Below are positions 1 through 10,844 of a DNA stretch of 64,000 nt, piece by piece. Under the pieces are notes generated by a model, which saw nothing but the letters and a program-made list of their open reading frames with translations, had not been told where the DNA came from and made no database searches. The position numbers were made by a program, and so were the translations under genes. The DNA lies in the NCBI GenBank assembly GCA_963675595.2, contig CAXXLZ010000002.1, positions 1,856,001 through 1,920,000 of the forward strand, given 5' to 3'. The stretch comes from Thermodesulfobacteriota bacterium (GTDB lineage Bacteria > Desulfobacterota > Desulfarculia > JACQYL01). How positions within the stretch are numbered: position 1 is the first letter of the stretch; every line of letters starts with the position of its first letter.

Positions 1-519
1 GGAGCGAAACAAGTCCAGCAGATGGGGCAGAACCACCTCGCCGTCGCCCAGGGCCAGGAGGTCAAAGAAAGGGGCGAGAGGCTCGGGGTTCAGAGATACG
101 GCAATGCCGCCTCCCAACACAAGAGGAGCCGGTTCCGACCGCCGGGAGGAGAGCAGCGGTATTCGGGCCAGCTCAAGAAGCTTAAGAATATTGAGGTAGT
201 CGTTCTCAAATGAGACCGAAAAGGCCACGACATCCTGTTCGGCGACCACCCTTTGGGTTTCCAAAGTAAGCAACGGAATCCCGCTCTGCTTGTACAGCGC
301 GGCTTCCTGGTCATCGGGCAGAAATACCCGTTCGCACACCACGGATTCTTCCCGGTTCAGCCACCCGTACATGGACTGGAAACCCAGGTTGGACATGCCC
401 ACGTGATACCGATTCGGATACGCGAGGGCAACGCGAATTCTTCCGCCGGGGTCCTTGAAAACCGTATTGCGTTCCCTGGACAGGATATTCCGATAGTGTT
501 CCCGGATCTTCCAGGACAT
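1..519 (-). CDS. B12-binding-domain radical SAM protein, N-terminal part (runs off window)
   Basis: Not in ORF track; read manually from ATG 519: MSWKIREHYRNILSRE...RVALAYPNRYHVGMSNLGFQ...VAFSVSFENDY...LGGGIAVSLNPEPLAPFFD; frame open to base 1; starts 8 nt after the ftsZ stop. Confidence 0.8.
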   Translation of the reverse strand, partial: MSWKIREHYRNILSRERNTVFKDPGGRIRVALAYPNRYHVGMSNLGFQSMYGWLNREESVVCERVFLPDDQEAALYKQSGIPLLTLETQRVVAEQDVVAFSVSFENDYLNILKLLELARIPLLSSRRSEPAPLVLGGGIAVSLNPEPLAPFFDLLALGDGEVVLPHLLDLFRS

Positions 520-527
520 TGCCGTGT

Positions 528-1697
528 TCAGTCCGCCTGTTTTCTCAGGAACGTCGGCTGATCATACAGGTCTTCATCAAAGATGAAGTCGTTCTCGGAA
601 TCCACATGATGCGAGGTGAAATTGACGGTCTGCGGAGCCGGTTTCACTTTGCGCACCACGGGAGGAGAATCGATGTCCCGGACTCGCTCGCGTTTCTTTG
701 CCCCATCCCGAGGCGCCACGGGTCTCAGTTTCGTTTCCGGCTTGTCTTTGATCCCCGTTGCAATCACCGTGATGCGTATTTCCTCGTTGAGCTCCTCGTC
801 GAACACGGCGCCCCAAATGATGTTGGCATCGTCGTGCGCCGCTTCCTGGATGAACGTGCAGGCTTCCTGCACCTCTTCCATAAGCAGGCTGCTGGAGGAA
901 GTGATGTTCACGAGCAGGCCTCGCGCTCCCTCGATGGAAACATCGTCCAGCAAGGGGCTCGATACGGAGGCTTGCGCGGCTTCCATGGCCCGGTTCTCTC
1001 CGCGCCCGATCCCGGTTCCCATGAGGGCCACGCCCATCTCGCTCATGATCGTGCGTACGTCGGCGAAATCCAGATTGATCAGGCCCGGAACCATGATCAG
1101 GTCGCTGATGCCTTTCACCGCATAGTAAAGCACGTCGTCGGCCTTTTTGAGCATGTCTTTGAAAGTGGCCCCTTTGGGCGCCAATGTGGTGAGGCGATCG
1201 TTGGGAATGGTGATCAAGGTGTCTACCACTTCCTTCAGTTGCTCAATGCCTTCCACCGCCTGGTTCAATCGCTTCTTTCCCTCGAAGGTGAACGGTCTGG
1301 TGACCACCGCCACGGTCAAGGCACCGATTTCCTTGGCCAGCTCCGCCACAACGGGCGCGGCCCCCGTTCCCGTGCCGCCTCCCAGGCCTGCCGTAATGAA
1401 CACCATGTCGGTGTCCTTCAAGGCCTCGCGGATTTTGTGGTTGTCCTCCATTGCGGCTTCCCGGCCGACTCCGGGATTCGCTCCGGCGCCGAGCCCCTTT
1501 GTCAAGCCGCACCCGATCTGGATGCGAACATCCGCAAGAGAAGTGTCCAGCGCCTGGATGTCCGTGTTCGCCGCGAGAAACTGCACCCCCAGCAGTCGCG
1601 ATTCCACCATATTGTTGATCGCGTTTCCGCCGCCGCCTCCCACGCCGATGACCTTGATCCTGGCCGCACTCGCCATTTGAATGGGTTCAAATTTCAT
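528..1697 (-). CDS. ftsZ: cell division protein FtsZ
   Basis: [20 protein letters not shown] tubulin signature, C-terminal PTFLRK. Confidence 0.99.
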   Translation of the reverse strand: MKFEPIQMASAARIKVIGVGGGGGNAINNMVESRLLGVQFLAANTDIQALDTSLADVRIQIGCGLTKGLGAGANPGVGREAAMEDNHKIREALKDTDMVFITAGLGGGTGTGAAPVVAELAKEIGALTVAVVTRPFTFEGKKRLNQAVEGIEQLKEVVDTLITIPNDRLTTLAPKGATFKDMLKKADDVLYYAVKGISDLIMVPGLINLDFADVRTIMSEMGVALMGTGIGRGENRAMEAAQASVSSPLLDDVSIEGARGLLVNITSSSSLLMEEVQEACTFIQEAAHDDANIIWGAVFDEELNEEIRITVIATGIKDKPETKLRPVAPRDGAKKRERVRDIDSPPVVRKVKPAPQTVNFTSHHVDSENDFIFDEDLYDQPTFLRKQAD

Positions 1698-1737
1698 TTC
1701 TCCGGACTCCTCCTTCCCCTTTCTCGACGTCGTGTGG

Positions 1738-2958
1738 TTAAATGACTTCTTGAAACCACCGTTTCATTCTAGCAAGCACCCGGTTGAAGATGTTCTTGTC
1801 CCGAATTCGGAACTTCCGGGTCGGCTTGCTCTTCTTTCCGTATAAGACCAATCCCACGCCCGTTGCGTACATGGGGTTGTTCACTATGTCCACCAACCCT
1901 CCCACCGCTGCGGGATACCCGCATCGCACCGGAAGATTGAAAACCTGCTCCGCCACTTCGAGAATGCCCGGCAACAAAGACGATCCCCCTGTGAGAACCA
2001 TCCCGGAAACCGGCATATCTTCGTACCCCGAACGAATCATTTCTCTCTGAATCAGCGTAAAAATCTCTTCGACCCTGGGCTCGAGAATCTCCCCCAGAAT
2101 CCTGCGGGATACTTTGCGGCTTCTGCCGTCGCCCGCGCTGGGCACCTCCAATATCTCATCCTTACTGATCATGGTGCTCATGGCGCAGCCGTATCTCTTC
2201 TTGATGATCTCGGCTTCGGCCTCGGGCGTTCGCAGTCCCACTGCGATGTCGTGGGTGAGGTTGTTTCCACCGAGGGCCAGAACGGAAGTGTGCCGAACAC
2301 TCTCCCCGGAAAAGATCGCCAAATCCGTGGTACCGCCTCCGAAATCGATGAGCCCCACGCCCAAGCCTCGTTCCTCCTGACTCAACACGGCTTCCGACGA
2401 CGCGATGGGTTCCAGCACGATGTCGCATACATCCAGCCCGGCTCGGTTGGCGCATTTGATGATGTTGTGAGCCGAGGTGGCCGCCGCGGTCACGATGTGC
2501 ACCCGAGCCTCGAGGCGCACGCCGGATATCCCGATGGGGTCCCTGATTCCGTCCTCCTCGTCCACGATGAATTCCTGGGGAATAATATGGATCACTTCCC
2601 GGTCCATGGGGATGGCTACGGCCCGTGCCGTATCGAGCACCCGATCAACATCGGACTGGGTCACCTCCTTGTTCTTGATGGCAATGACGCCGATGCTGTT
2701 GAATCCCTTGATGTGTCCTCCGGCGATCCCCGCATATACCTGAGTGATTTCACAGCCGGCCATGAGTTCGGCTTCGCTCACCGCGCGGCGAATGGAATCC
2801 ACGGTCTCCTCGATGCTCACAACCACACCTTTGCGCAATCCCACGGATGGATGGGAACCCAGGCCGACGATGTTCACCCGATCATCGACCACCTCTCCCA
2901 CCACGGCGCAGACCTTGGTAGTGCCTATGTCCAATCCGACGATCAGGTCACTCTTCAT
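1738..2958 (-). CDS. ftsA: cell division protein FtsA
   Basis: [19 protein letters not shown]; start at MKSDL overlaps ftsQ stop (ATGA). Confidence 0.98.
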   Translation of the reverse strand: MKSDLIVGLDIGTTKVCAVVGEVVDDRVNIVGLGSHPSVGLRKGVVVSIEETVDSIRRAVSEAELMAGCEITQVYAGIAGGHIKGFNSIGVIAIKNKEVTQSDVDRVLDTARAVAIPMDREVIHIIPQEFIVDEEDGIRDPIGISGVRLEARVHIVTAAATSAHNIIKCANRAGLDVCDIVLEPIASSEAVLSQEERGLGVGLIDFGGGTTDLAIFSGESVRHTSVLALGGNNLTHDIAVGLRTPEAEAEIIKKRYGCAMSTMISKDEILEVPSAGDGRSRKVSRRILGEILEPRVEEIFTLIQREMIRSGYEDMPVSGMVLTGGSSLLPGILEVAEQVFNLPVRCGYPAAVGGLVDIVNNPMYATGVGLVLYGKKSKPTRKFRIRDKNIFNRVLARMKRWFQEVI

Positions 2959-3830
2959 ACCTGCTCCATGCTCTGAGCGGATTTTCGATATTTCACGACG
3001 GCCAGCTCCTCGTAGTCCAGATCGATGGACTGGATAAGGCGCCACTGATCTTTTGCGACCAAGTCCTCCATCACAGCCGCCAACCTCCGGACCTTGCTTG
3101 AATAAAAGTCTTTTCCCAGTCGGATTCGGACGTGGTCCCGGGTTACGATCTCCAGGTCTCCTTCGAACTCCACGTGAATTTCGGAAATCATGTTTCCTGC
3201 CAGCGACGAAACCTTGCCGTCCAGGAGGCCGAGCAAGGTAATGAGGCGTTCCTTGGCCGCCATCCTCCAAGGACTCTCCAACAGCAGATCATCTCGGCTC
3301 AACCCGGTGATTATGGGGAAGTTCAGGGAGTCTCCAGCTTCGACCTTCTTGAACGGCTTTCCGTCCTCGTCCACGTAATACAAATGATCCAGGCTGACCA
3401 ACGCCCGCGCCCTGTGTTCCCAAATTCTCACCCAGAGTTCGTCCGGCAATTCTCTCCGTACCACCGCCTTTTTGATCCAGGGTTCGGTTTCGATCCTTTT
3501 GGCGGTGTCCAACAGGTCCAACCCAAGAACGTTGGTGGCGCTGTCCACACCCATCAGTTTGATGACCGATTGCTCGTTCATGCGTTCGCATCCCACCAGG
3601 GTGACCCCCCGAAGCATGAAATGAGGGGATTCCAAGGCGTACTCATACAGAGTCAAAATGAAATAACTCACGAGCAGACCCATGGCCAATGCGCACACGA
3701 CCTTCGTGCACATGACCGCGAAACGAACGGCCTTCCGGCCCGGCCTGCTCTCCGTGCGAACATACCGGTTTCCTGTGGTACGAGGCTTCTTCTTCGCTCT
3801 TCGTATGCCTAATGCCGCTTCCGTGGCCAC
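2955..3830 (-). CDS. ftsQ: cell division protein FtsQ/DivIB
   Basis: Basic N-terminus, one TM, POTRA-like PWIKKAVVRRELPD, C-terminal IDLDY; dcw position. Confidence 0.9.
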   Translation of the reverse strand: MATEAALGIRRAKKKPRTTGNRYVRTESRPGRKAVRFAVMCTKVVCALAMGLLVSYFILTLYEYALESPHFMLRGVTLVGCERMNEQSVIKLMGVDSATNVLGLDLLDTAKRIETEPWIKKAVVRRELPDELWVRIWEHRARALVSLDHLYYVDEDGKPFKKVEAGDSLNFPIITGLSRDDLLLESPWRMAAKERLITLLGLLDGKVSSLAGNMISEIHVEFEGDLEIVTRDHVRIRLGKDFYSSKVRRLAAVMEDLVAKDQWRLIQSIDLDYEELAVVKYRKSAQSMEQV

Positions 3831-3833
3831 ACC

Positions 3834-4757
3834 TCAATTAAAGGAACCCAATAATCGAATTTCGGGGGTCAACCGGACTCCCGAGGTCTGTTCCACCCTA
3901 CGGACCACCTCGTCCATCAAGGATTTGATTTGCGCCGCCGACGCGTTGCCCGCATTTACGATAAAATTGGCGTGTTTTGGACTTACCACGGCGTCCCCCA
4001 GCCGCATGCCCTTGAGACCCGCTTCATCAATCAGCTTGCCGGCGGCGAGGCCCGGCGGATTCATGAACACGCTACCCGCGCTTCGTTCTCCCACCGGCTG
4101 GGTTTCCAACCGGTATTTCATGTATCCCCGAATTTTCTCCCTGGAAGCCCGCCTTTCCCCGGGCATCACTTCCAGGGCCGTCTTGAGGATCACCGATCCG
4201 GCAGGCAGCCGAAGGGATCGGTACGAAAAATGGAGGTCGCGTCTGTCCTGCCGGACCTTTTCTCCCTCGCCGGACATCCATTCCACCCAGAGAATCGTAT
4301 CCCCCATTCGGCCCCATTTGGACCCGGCGTTCATACGCAAAGCGCCCCCCATTGTGCCCGGAATGCCCGCGGCAAATTCAAAGCCGCATAAGCCGTCCCT
4401 CAGCAGCCGACCCTGAAGCGAAGAGAGGGAAACCCCCGCACCGCATTCACAGCAAACCCCCCCGCCTCTTTTCGGGACCAGCCGTACGGACGAAAACCCC
4501 TCCCGCAACCGTACGACCACCCCATGGAAGCCGTCATCGGAAACCAACAAATTGGAGCCTCGGCCCATTATTTCCAGCGCAATCCCCTGTTCCCTCGAGA
4601 ACTTCAACAATCCACTCAGTTGTGACTCGTCGGCCGGTTCCGCTGCGGCCCACGCAGGCCCCCCCACTCTAAAGGTGGTCCGGCCCTTCAAAAGCACATC
4701 AAAGGAAACGCGTTCCTTCAGAAGGTTCTCCAACGATTTCTTATGCCGATTGAGCAT
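3834..4757 (-). CDS. murB: UDP-N-acetylenolpyruvoylglucosamine reductase
   Basis: TTFRVGGPA, GRGSNLL, GIPGTMGGALRMNAG, SAGSVFMNP, KHANFIVN. Confidence 0.97.
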   Translation of the reverse strand: MLNRHKKSLENLLKERVSFDVLLKGRTTFRVGGPAWAAAEPADESQLSGLLKFSREQGIALEIMGRGSNLLVSDDGFHGVVVRLREGFSSVRLVPKRGGGVCCECGAGVSLSSLQGRLLRDGLCGFEFAAGIPGTMGGALRMNAGSKWGRMGDTILWVEWMSGEGEKVRQDRRDLHFSYRSLRLPAGSVILKTALEVMPGERRASREKIRGYMKYRLETQPVGERSAGSVFMNPPGLAAGKLIDEAGLKGMRLGDAVVSPKHANFIVNAGNASAAQIKSLMDEVVRRVEQTSGVRLTPEIRLLGSFN

Positions 4758-6135
4758 CCGCGCCTTTTCCCGCAAGGAACAACGATGCCACTCGATTGAT
4801 GTTTCCCGCTCCCAAGGTTAGAATCAGGTCGCCCTGTCTGCAGGTTTCCAGCAGATGTCCCAAGATATCGTCCTGGTCGGCGATGAAATGGACGTCCTTG
4901 TGTCCGTGGTCGCGGATTCCCCTATACAAACTCTCACCGCTCACCCCTTCGATGGGGGCTTCCCCCGCTGCATAGATATCCGTGATCACCAAGTGATCCG
5001 CTTGGTAGAAGGATTTCACGAACTCCTCATGAAGATGGAACGAGCGGGTGTAGCGGTGCGGTTGGAAAACCACCAGGATTCGCCGGTTGCTCCAGGCACT
5101 CCTGACCGCCTCCAACGTCGCGCGAATCTCCGTTGGATGGTGGCCGTAGTCGTCCACCACCATGATGTCGTCCACAGTCCCCAGTATCTCGATGCGACGG
5201 TGTACTTGCCCCAGCCGCTGAAGGCTGGAGGCCGCCGTTTCAATGGGGACGTCCAATTCAAAACCCACGCTGATGGCGGCGAGGGCATTGTAGAGATTGT
5301 GCAGCCCCGGAAGATTCAGTCCCACCGGGCCCAACTCCGTGCCGTCTCTCACCACTCGAAAGCTCGTCAAAGGGCCTTCCCGGACGACATCCACCGCCCT
5401 CACATCGGCTTGCGCCGAAAGGCCGTAAGTGACTCTTCTTTTTTCGACCCGAGGAATCAGATCCTGCAGCCCCGGATCATCCAGGCATAAAACGCTTAAA
5501 CCGTAAAAAGGAATTCGGTTAATGAATTCAAGAAAGACTTCCCTGATTTGATCGAGCCCGTGGTAGAAATCCAGATGTTCCGCATCGATGTTGGTCACCA
5601 CGCAGATGGCGGGCGATAATCGGAGAAAAGAGCCGTCGCTTTCGTCCGCCTCGGCCACCATAAGATCGCCTTGCCCCAGTCGCACATTGCTGCCGAAGGT
5701 GGAAAGCTTGCCTCCGATCACCACGGTGGGATCGAGCCCCGCGTTGGTGAGAATCTGAGCGATCATGCTGGTGGTGGTTGTCTTGCCGTGCGCTCCCGCC
5801 ACCGCGATACCGTGTTTCGTCCGCATGAGTTCGGCGAGCATTTCCGCGCGCCGAATCACGGGAATGTTGAGTCGCCTTGCTTCCCGCACCTCGACGTTGT
5901 CTTCCTGCACCGCCGAGGACACCACCACCACGTCCGAGCCATGCACATTCTCCGCCCGATGTCCCAGAAAGGTCTCGGCCCCCAGGGAAGTCAGCCTTCG
6001 CACCACGTCGGAATCCCGCAAATCCGAGCCCCGAACCCGGAAGCCCTGGTTCAACAGGACTTCAGCGATGCCGTTCATCCCGGTTCCGCCGATTCCCACA
6101 AAAAACAGGTTACGAATCTTGGTTCGCTTCATCAT
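4741..6135 (-). CDS. murC: UDP-N-acetylmuramate--L-alanine ligase
   Basis: FVGIGGTGM, GAHGKTTTT, EADESD, DDYGHHPTEI, FQPHRY. Confidence 0.98.
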   Translation of the reverse strand: MMKRTKIRNLFFVGIGGTGMNGIAEVLLNQGFRVRGSDLRDSDVVRRLTSLGAETFLGHRAENVHGSDVVVVSSAVQEDNVEVREARRLNIPVIRRAEMLAELMRTKHGIAVAGAHGKTTTTSMIAQILTNAGLDPTVVIGGKLSTFGSNVRLGQGDLMVAEADESDGSFLRLSPAICVVTNIDAEHLDFYHGLDQIREVFLEFINRIPFYGLSVLCLDDPGLQDLIPRVEKRRVTYGLSAQADVRAVDVVREGPLTSFRVVRDGTELGPVGLNLPGLHNLYNALAAISVGFELDVPIETAASSLQRLGQVHRRIEILGTVDDIMVVDDYGHHPTEIRATLEAVRSAWSNRRILVVFQPHRYTRSFHLHEEFVKSFYQADHLVITDIYAAGEAPIEGVSGESLYRGIRDHGHKDVHFIADQDDILGHLLETCRQGDLILTLGAGNINRVASLFLAGKGADAQSA

Positions 6136-7210
6136 GACCTATCATTTCCAGGCAGGCCGCCACCGCTTCCCCGGCCGCGTGAGGACGCCCCAGGGACCGG
6201 GCCGTCTCCGCCATCCGCCGAATTTCTCCAGGCTCGGAAAGCAATTCCTCCAAAATGGACGCCAGCCGGTCCGCGGTCAGTTCGGATTCCAATACCACTC
6301 GACCGGCCCCCGCTTCTTCCCATACTCGGGCGTTCTGTTCCTGATGGCCGTGCGACGCGAACGGATACGGGACCAGAACCGCCCCCCTTCCCAGTACGGC
6401 CAATTCGGCAAGACTGGTGGCACCCGCTCTGCCGACCACCAGATCGGCGTCGCACATGGCCCTTGCCATATCCGGAATAAAAGCGCTTACCCGGCCTGCG
6501 ATTCCCAACTGCCGGTATCTTTCCGACACCGACTCTTCGTCACGCTCTCCCGTCTGATGCGTCACCCTGATGCGATCTCGAAACCGACTCAACGCGGCAA
6601 ACGCTTCAGGCGCCGTTTCGTTGAGTTTGTGAGCCCCCTGGCTGCCTCCGGTAATCAAAATATGGGGTGCCCCCTCCCCGACCGGCCTCGTACAATCCAA
6701 GAACTCAGGGCGTACCGGATTCCCCACCAGTCGAACCTGGTCGGCTTTGAAATAGGCGGCGGTCTGTTCCCAGGAGCACAGAATCAGGCGCGCCCAACGT
6801 CCCAGCAGACGATTGGTCAATCCGGGTGCGACATTTTGCTCCTGAAGCGCCAAGGGAATACCCAACAAACGAGCCGCCAGACCCACAGGGCCGGAGGAAT
6901 ATCCTCCCAACCCGATAACCAGAGCCGGTTTGATCTTAAGCAATAAAAAGAAACTTCTGAACACGCCCCGAAACGTCCGGAACGCCGCCCTCACTTTGCC
7001 CAAGCCTTTCTTGTCCGTAAGACCGGCGGAGGGAATCTTGAGACAGTCGTATCCCTTCTCATGAAGTACCTTGGCCTCGAGTCCTCTGCCGCTTCCGATA
7101 AAATGGATCGCCACGCCGGGACTTCTTCTCTCGAATTCCGCCGCCATGGCCAGACCGGGAAACAAGTGGCCTCCGGTCCCGCCTCCGGCGAATACCAAGG
7201 CGCCGATCAT
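6110..7210 (-). CDS. murG: lipid II N-acetylglucosaminyltransferase
   Basis: GGGTGGHLFP, GGSQGA, HQEQNA; start at MIGAL overlaps ftsW stop (ATGA). Confidence 0.97.
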   Translation of the reverse strand: MIGALVFAGGGTGGHLFPGLAMAAEFERRSPGVAIHFIGSGRGLEAKVLHEKGYDCLKIPSAGLTDKKGLGKVRAAFRTFRGVFRSFFLLLKIKPALVIGLGGYSSGPVGLAARLLGIPLALQEQNVAPGLTNRLLGRWARLILCSWEQTAAYFKADQVRLVGNPVRPEFLDCTRPVGEGAPHILITGGSQGAHKLNETAPEAFAALSRFRDRIRVTHQTGERDEESVSERYRQLGIAGRVSAFIPDMARAMCDADLVVGRAGATSLAELAVLGRGAVLVPYPFASHGHQEQNARVWEEAGAGRVVLESELTADRLASILEELLSEPGEIRRMAETARSLGRPHAAGEAVAACLEMIGHDEANQDS

Positions 7211-8325
7211 TTTGCTTCCGCCCCGACCGATCGTATATTCAGCAAGATGCCGACGGCGCACAGGTTCATCATCATGGCCGAGCCTCCATAGCTCATGAAG
7301 GGCAAAGCCAACCCTTTGGTTGGAATCAAACCCATGACCACCCATACGTTCATAATGACCTGAAGTCCGATCAGCGTGGTGAGACCGAATGCGAGTAGGG
7401 AGCCGAAACTTTCCTTGGTTCCTTTCGCGACGCGAATCCCGCGTTTGAAAAAGACGAAATAAAGAATCAGGACCGCCACCACCCCCACCAATCCGCCCTC
7501 CTCACCCAAAACGGAGAGAATAAAATCCGTGTGGGGTTCCGGCAGGTAGAACAGCTTCTGTTTGCCTTCCCCAAAACCCGCTCCCAGGACGCCGCCCGAG
7601 CCGAAGGCCATAAACGAGTGAATGATTTGAAACCCGCTGTTTAGAGGGTCCGCCCAAGGATTCAGGAAGGATTTGAGTCTTTCCAGACGATACGGCTCAA
7701 GAAAAATGGCCAAAGCCAGCATGCCGACTCCCGCAAAACCCGCTCCGGCCAGATGGAGAATTCTGGCTCCCGCCACGAACAGCATGGTGATTGTAAGGAA
7801 GGTCATGAGCACGGCCGCTCCCAGGTCTTTCTGAACCAGCACGGGCATCAACAGCAAGCCGAGCACAATGAAGTGGGGAACGAACCCGATGGAAAAATCC
7901 CGGACCTTGTCCCCTTTCTTACTGAGCGAATAGGCAAGGTAGATCGTCAGGCCGATTTTCCCGAACTCCGACGGCTGGAAAGAAAACCCTCCCACATGAA
8001 GCCAACGTCTCGCCCCTCCCACTTCATGACCGATTCCCGGAATGCATACCAGCACCATGACCGCCAGGGAACCGAACAGAACCGGATAGACCATTTTCCC
8101 AAACCAATGGTAGGGCACTTGAGACAGCAGAATAAGTCCTAAAAAGCCCAAACCCGTGGCTATGATCTGCCGCTTAAGGTAGAAAAGAGAGTCCCCGTTT
8201 CGTTCCAACGCCAAAGCCGAGCTTGCGCTGTACACCATGACCAGCCCCAAACCCACGAGCACGAAAACCGTGAAGAGCAGGACCACGTCCATGGATCGGA
8301 GGGAATTCGGCTTCATATCAACCAC
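7207..8325 (-). CDS. ftsW: SEDS peptidoglycan polymerase FtsW
   Basis: GARRW, FQPSEFGK, LPEPHTDFI, LPFMSYGGS; multi-TM. Confidence 0.97.
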   Translation of the reverse strand: MVDMKPNSLRSMDVVLLFTVFVLVGLGLVMVYSASSALALERNGDSLFYLKRQIIATGLGFLGLILLSQVPYHWFGKMVYPVLFGSLAVMVLVCIPGIGHEVGGARRWLHVGGFSFQPSEFGKIGLTIYLAYSLSKKGDKVRDFSIGFVPHFIVLGLLLMPVLVQKDLGAAVLMTFLTITMLFVAGARILHLAGAGFAGVGMLALAIFLEPYRLERLKSFLNPWADPLNSGFQIIHSFMAFGSGGVLGAGFGEGKQKLFYLPEPHTDFILSVLGEEGGLVGVVAVLILYFVFFKRGIRVAKGTKESFGSLLAFGLTTLIGLQVIMNVWVVMGLIPTKGLALPFMSYGGSAMMMNLCAVGILLNIRSVGAEAK

Positions 8326-8326
8326 G

Positions 8327-9406
8327 TTACCTCAGTTTCAGGGTACTCATCCCTATAAGGCTCAGGATGAATGCAATAATCCAGAAACGAACGATGACCT
8401 TGGGTTCCGCCCAGCCCTTCAGTTCGAAATGATGGTGCAAAGGGGCCATGCGGAAAATCCTCCTACCGTTGGTGAGCTTGAAGTATCCCACCTGAAAAAT
8501 GACCGAAAGAGCTTCCATCGCGAAGATACCGCCCACGATCACCAGCAGAATCTCCTGTTTGATCAAGACCGCGATGGTCCCCAAAGCCCCTCCCAGGGCC
8601 AGTGACCCCGTGTCCCCCATAAATATCTGAGCCGGGTACGTGTTGTACCAGAGAAAGCCCACTCCCGCGCCCACCATGGACCCGCAGAAGACAGTGAGTT
8701 CCCCCGTGCCCGGTACGTGGGCTATCTGAAGATACCTTGCGATGACCGCGTGTCCCACCACGTAGCAGAAGACGAGATAAGTTCCGAAGGCCACGACGCC
8801 CGGCCCTATGGCGAGACCGTCCAGTCCGTCCGTCAGATTGACCGCATTGGAGGTACCCGTAATGATGAAGACGGTCAGCAGAATGTATCCCCACCCTAGA
8901 TCCGGATTGATGTCCTTGAAGAAGGGGATGGACAACCTCGAGTCGAAGTCTCCGTGGATATAGAGGAACATGGCCACCAGAAAACTTGCGGCGATCTGCC
9001 CCACCAACTTTCTTCTTCCGCTCAATCCTTTGCTCTGCCTGCGAAAGAGCTTGTAATAGTCGTCCACAAAACCGATGGCGCCACACACCAGAGTCACGAA
9101 AAGAACCACCCAGATGTACGCATTGGTGAGCCGAGCCCAAAGGAGCGTGCTGAATACCACTGAAAACAGGATCAGGACTCCTCCCATGGTCGGAGTGCCC
9201 TGTTTGGGTTTGTGCGAAGGAGGTCCGTCGTCGCGGACGTACTGACCGATCTTGTACTGCGTCAATTTCCGAATAAACCAGGGCCCCAGGACGAAGCAGA
9301 TCAGCAAGGCGGTAATCACCGCATAAATCGTCCGGAACGTGATGTAACGAAACACGTTGAACACGGGATGCAGCGTATGCAACGGATACAGCAATTCATA
9401 CAGCAT
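8327..9406 (-). CDS. mraY: phospho-N-acetylmuramoyl-pentapeptide transferase
   Basis: [37 protein letters not shown]. Confidence 0.99.
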   Translation of the reverse strand: MLYELLYPLHTLHPVFNVFRYITFRTIYAVITALLICFVLGPWFIRKLTQYKIGQYVRDDGPPSHKPKQGTPTMGGVLILFSVVFSTLLWARLTNAYIWVVLFVTLVCGAIGFVDDYYKLFRRQSKGLSGRRKLVGQIAASFLVAMFLYIHGDFDSRLSIPFFKDINPDLGWGYILLTVFIITGTSNAVNLTDGLDGLAIGPGVVAFGTYLVFCYVVGHAVIARYLQIAHVPGTGELTVFCGSMVGAGVGFLWYNTYPAQIFMGDTGSLALGGALGTIAVLIKQEILLVIVGGIFAMEALSVIFQVGYFKLTNGRRIFRMAPLHHHFELKGWAEPKVIVRFWIIAFILSLIGMSTLKLR

Positions 9407-10844
9407 GATTCGTCGCTCCCGCCGCGAGGCTTTCCACGACTCGTTCCATGCCCATGACCCGACTCCCTTTCACCATCACGACGTCTTCTTCCCGGACCGC
9501 TTCCATCAAGTCCGCGATCAGCTCATCCAAGGACTCGAAAAGGTGCACTCTGCCGGGTTCCATGCCGTGTTCCACGGCTCCCCGGCGTAACTGTCCCGCG
9601 AATCGCCCCAGTAGAAAGACCTCGTCGACGCCCAGCTTCCAAAGAACCGCTCCCACCTGCCGGTGAAGGGATTCGCTTTGTTCACCCAGCTCGGCCATAT
9701 CACCCAAAACGGCCAGGATCCGTCCCCCGCCCCTCAGCTTTGCCGCGGTGCTCAGTGCAGCCCTCATGCTGGCCGGATTGGCGTTATATGCGTCGTCCAA
9801 AATTCGAACGTTGTTCCTTCCCCGCAGCAGCCGGTTGCGCCCCCCCACCGGGACGAAAGACTCCAGCCCCCGCTTTACCGCTTCGGAATCCACGCCCACC
9901 GCCACCGCCGCCGCGGCGGCCGCTAGAGCGTCCTGTTCCAGATGCTCCCCGACTCCTCTGAGTACGACCTCGATGTCCCCTGCGGGAAGGTGAAGTTCCA
10001 CGCGGGTCCTCCAAAACTCCTCGCGACCCCCCGGCTCCAAAATCCGCCCGCTCTTGACCCATACCTGGGGAGAAGCTCCCGCTTGCTCGGGGTTGGCGGA
10101 ATAGACCACTTTACTTCCTTTGAAAGACTCGGCCTTTTCAACGATCCTCGGGTCGTCCGCGTTCAGCACGAAAATTGAAGAATCCGGGAGTTCCTCGATG
10201 AGCTCTCCTTTGGCTTTGGCCACGCCCTCAAGATCACCAAAGCCTTCGAGATGCGCGGGCCCCACATTGGTGATCAGCCCAACCGTGGGACGGGCAATCC
10301 GTGCCAGGCGCCGAACTTCGCCGAAGGTATTCGCTCCCATTTCCAGGACCAGAAAGTCCGTTCCGGGTTTCAGCTGAAACAGAGTAAGAGGAAGTCCCAC
10401 CAAATTATTGAAATTGCCGGGGCTCTTGAGCACCGAGCCCCTCATGGAAAGGATCGAGGCGATCATTTCCTTTGTGGTGGTTTTTCCGTTGCTTCCGGTG
10501 ATTCCGACAACGGGACCCGCAAAATTCCGCCGGACCTCCGCGGCCAAATCCCCGAGCGCAATAAGGGTGTCATCCACGCCGATGAGCCCGAACTCCGGTC
10601 CCAAGGCTTCGAGGACCGACGCCGACAATCGCTCCTCGACCACAACGGCGCCCGCGGCCCCTCTATGAAATGCCTGGGGAATAAAACCGTGAGCGTCGAA
10701 TGTATCCCCCACCAAGGCCACCAGGACCTCTCCCGGCTCGATGGTTCTCGAATCCGTTGATATACCCCGGACCTCGACATTACTTCCCGGGGCAACCATT
10801 CTTCCGCGCACGATGTCGCAGATTTGTTCCAGGGTCGGATTCAA
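9396..10844 (-). CDS. murF: UDP-MurNAc-tripeptide--D-Ala-D-Ala ligase
   Basis: [33 protein letters not shown]. Confidence 0.97.
   Translation of the reverse strand: MNPTLEQICDIVRGRMVAPGSNVEVRGISTDSRTIEPGEVLVALVGDTFDAHGFIPQAFHRGAAGAVVVEERLSASVLEALGPEFGLIGVDDTLIALGDLAAEVRRNFAGPVVGITGSNGKTTTKEMIASILSMRGSVLKSPGNFNNLVGLPLTLFQLKPGTDFLVLEMGANTFGEVRRLARIARPTVGLITNVGPAHLEGFGDLEGVAKAKGELIEELPDSSIFVLNADDPRIVEKAESFKGSKVVYSANPEQAGASPQVWVKSGRILEPGGREEFWRTRVELHLPAGDIEVVLRGVGEHLEQDALAAAAAAVAVGVDSEAVKRGLESFVPVGGRNRLLRGRNNVRILDDAYNANPASMRAALSTAAKLRGGGRILAVLGDMAELGEQSESLHRQVGAVLWKLGVDEVFLLGRFAGQLRRGAVEHGMEPGRVHLFESLDELIADLMEAVREEDVVMVKGSRVMGMERVVESLAAGATNHAV

Noticed and set aside
2959-3270. Apparent N-terminal extension of FtsA (and likewise MurG to 7345) in the ORF track
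   Set aside because: Overlaps the upstream gene; ATGA-coupled internal starts give normal lengths
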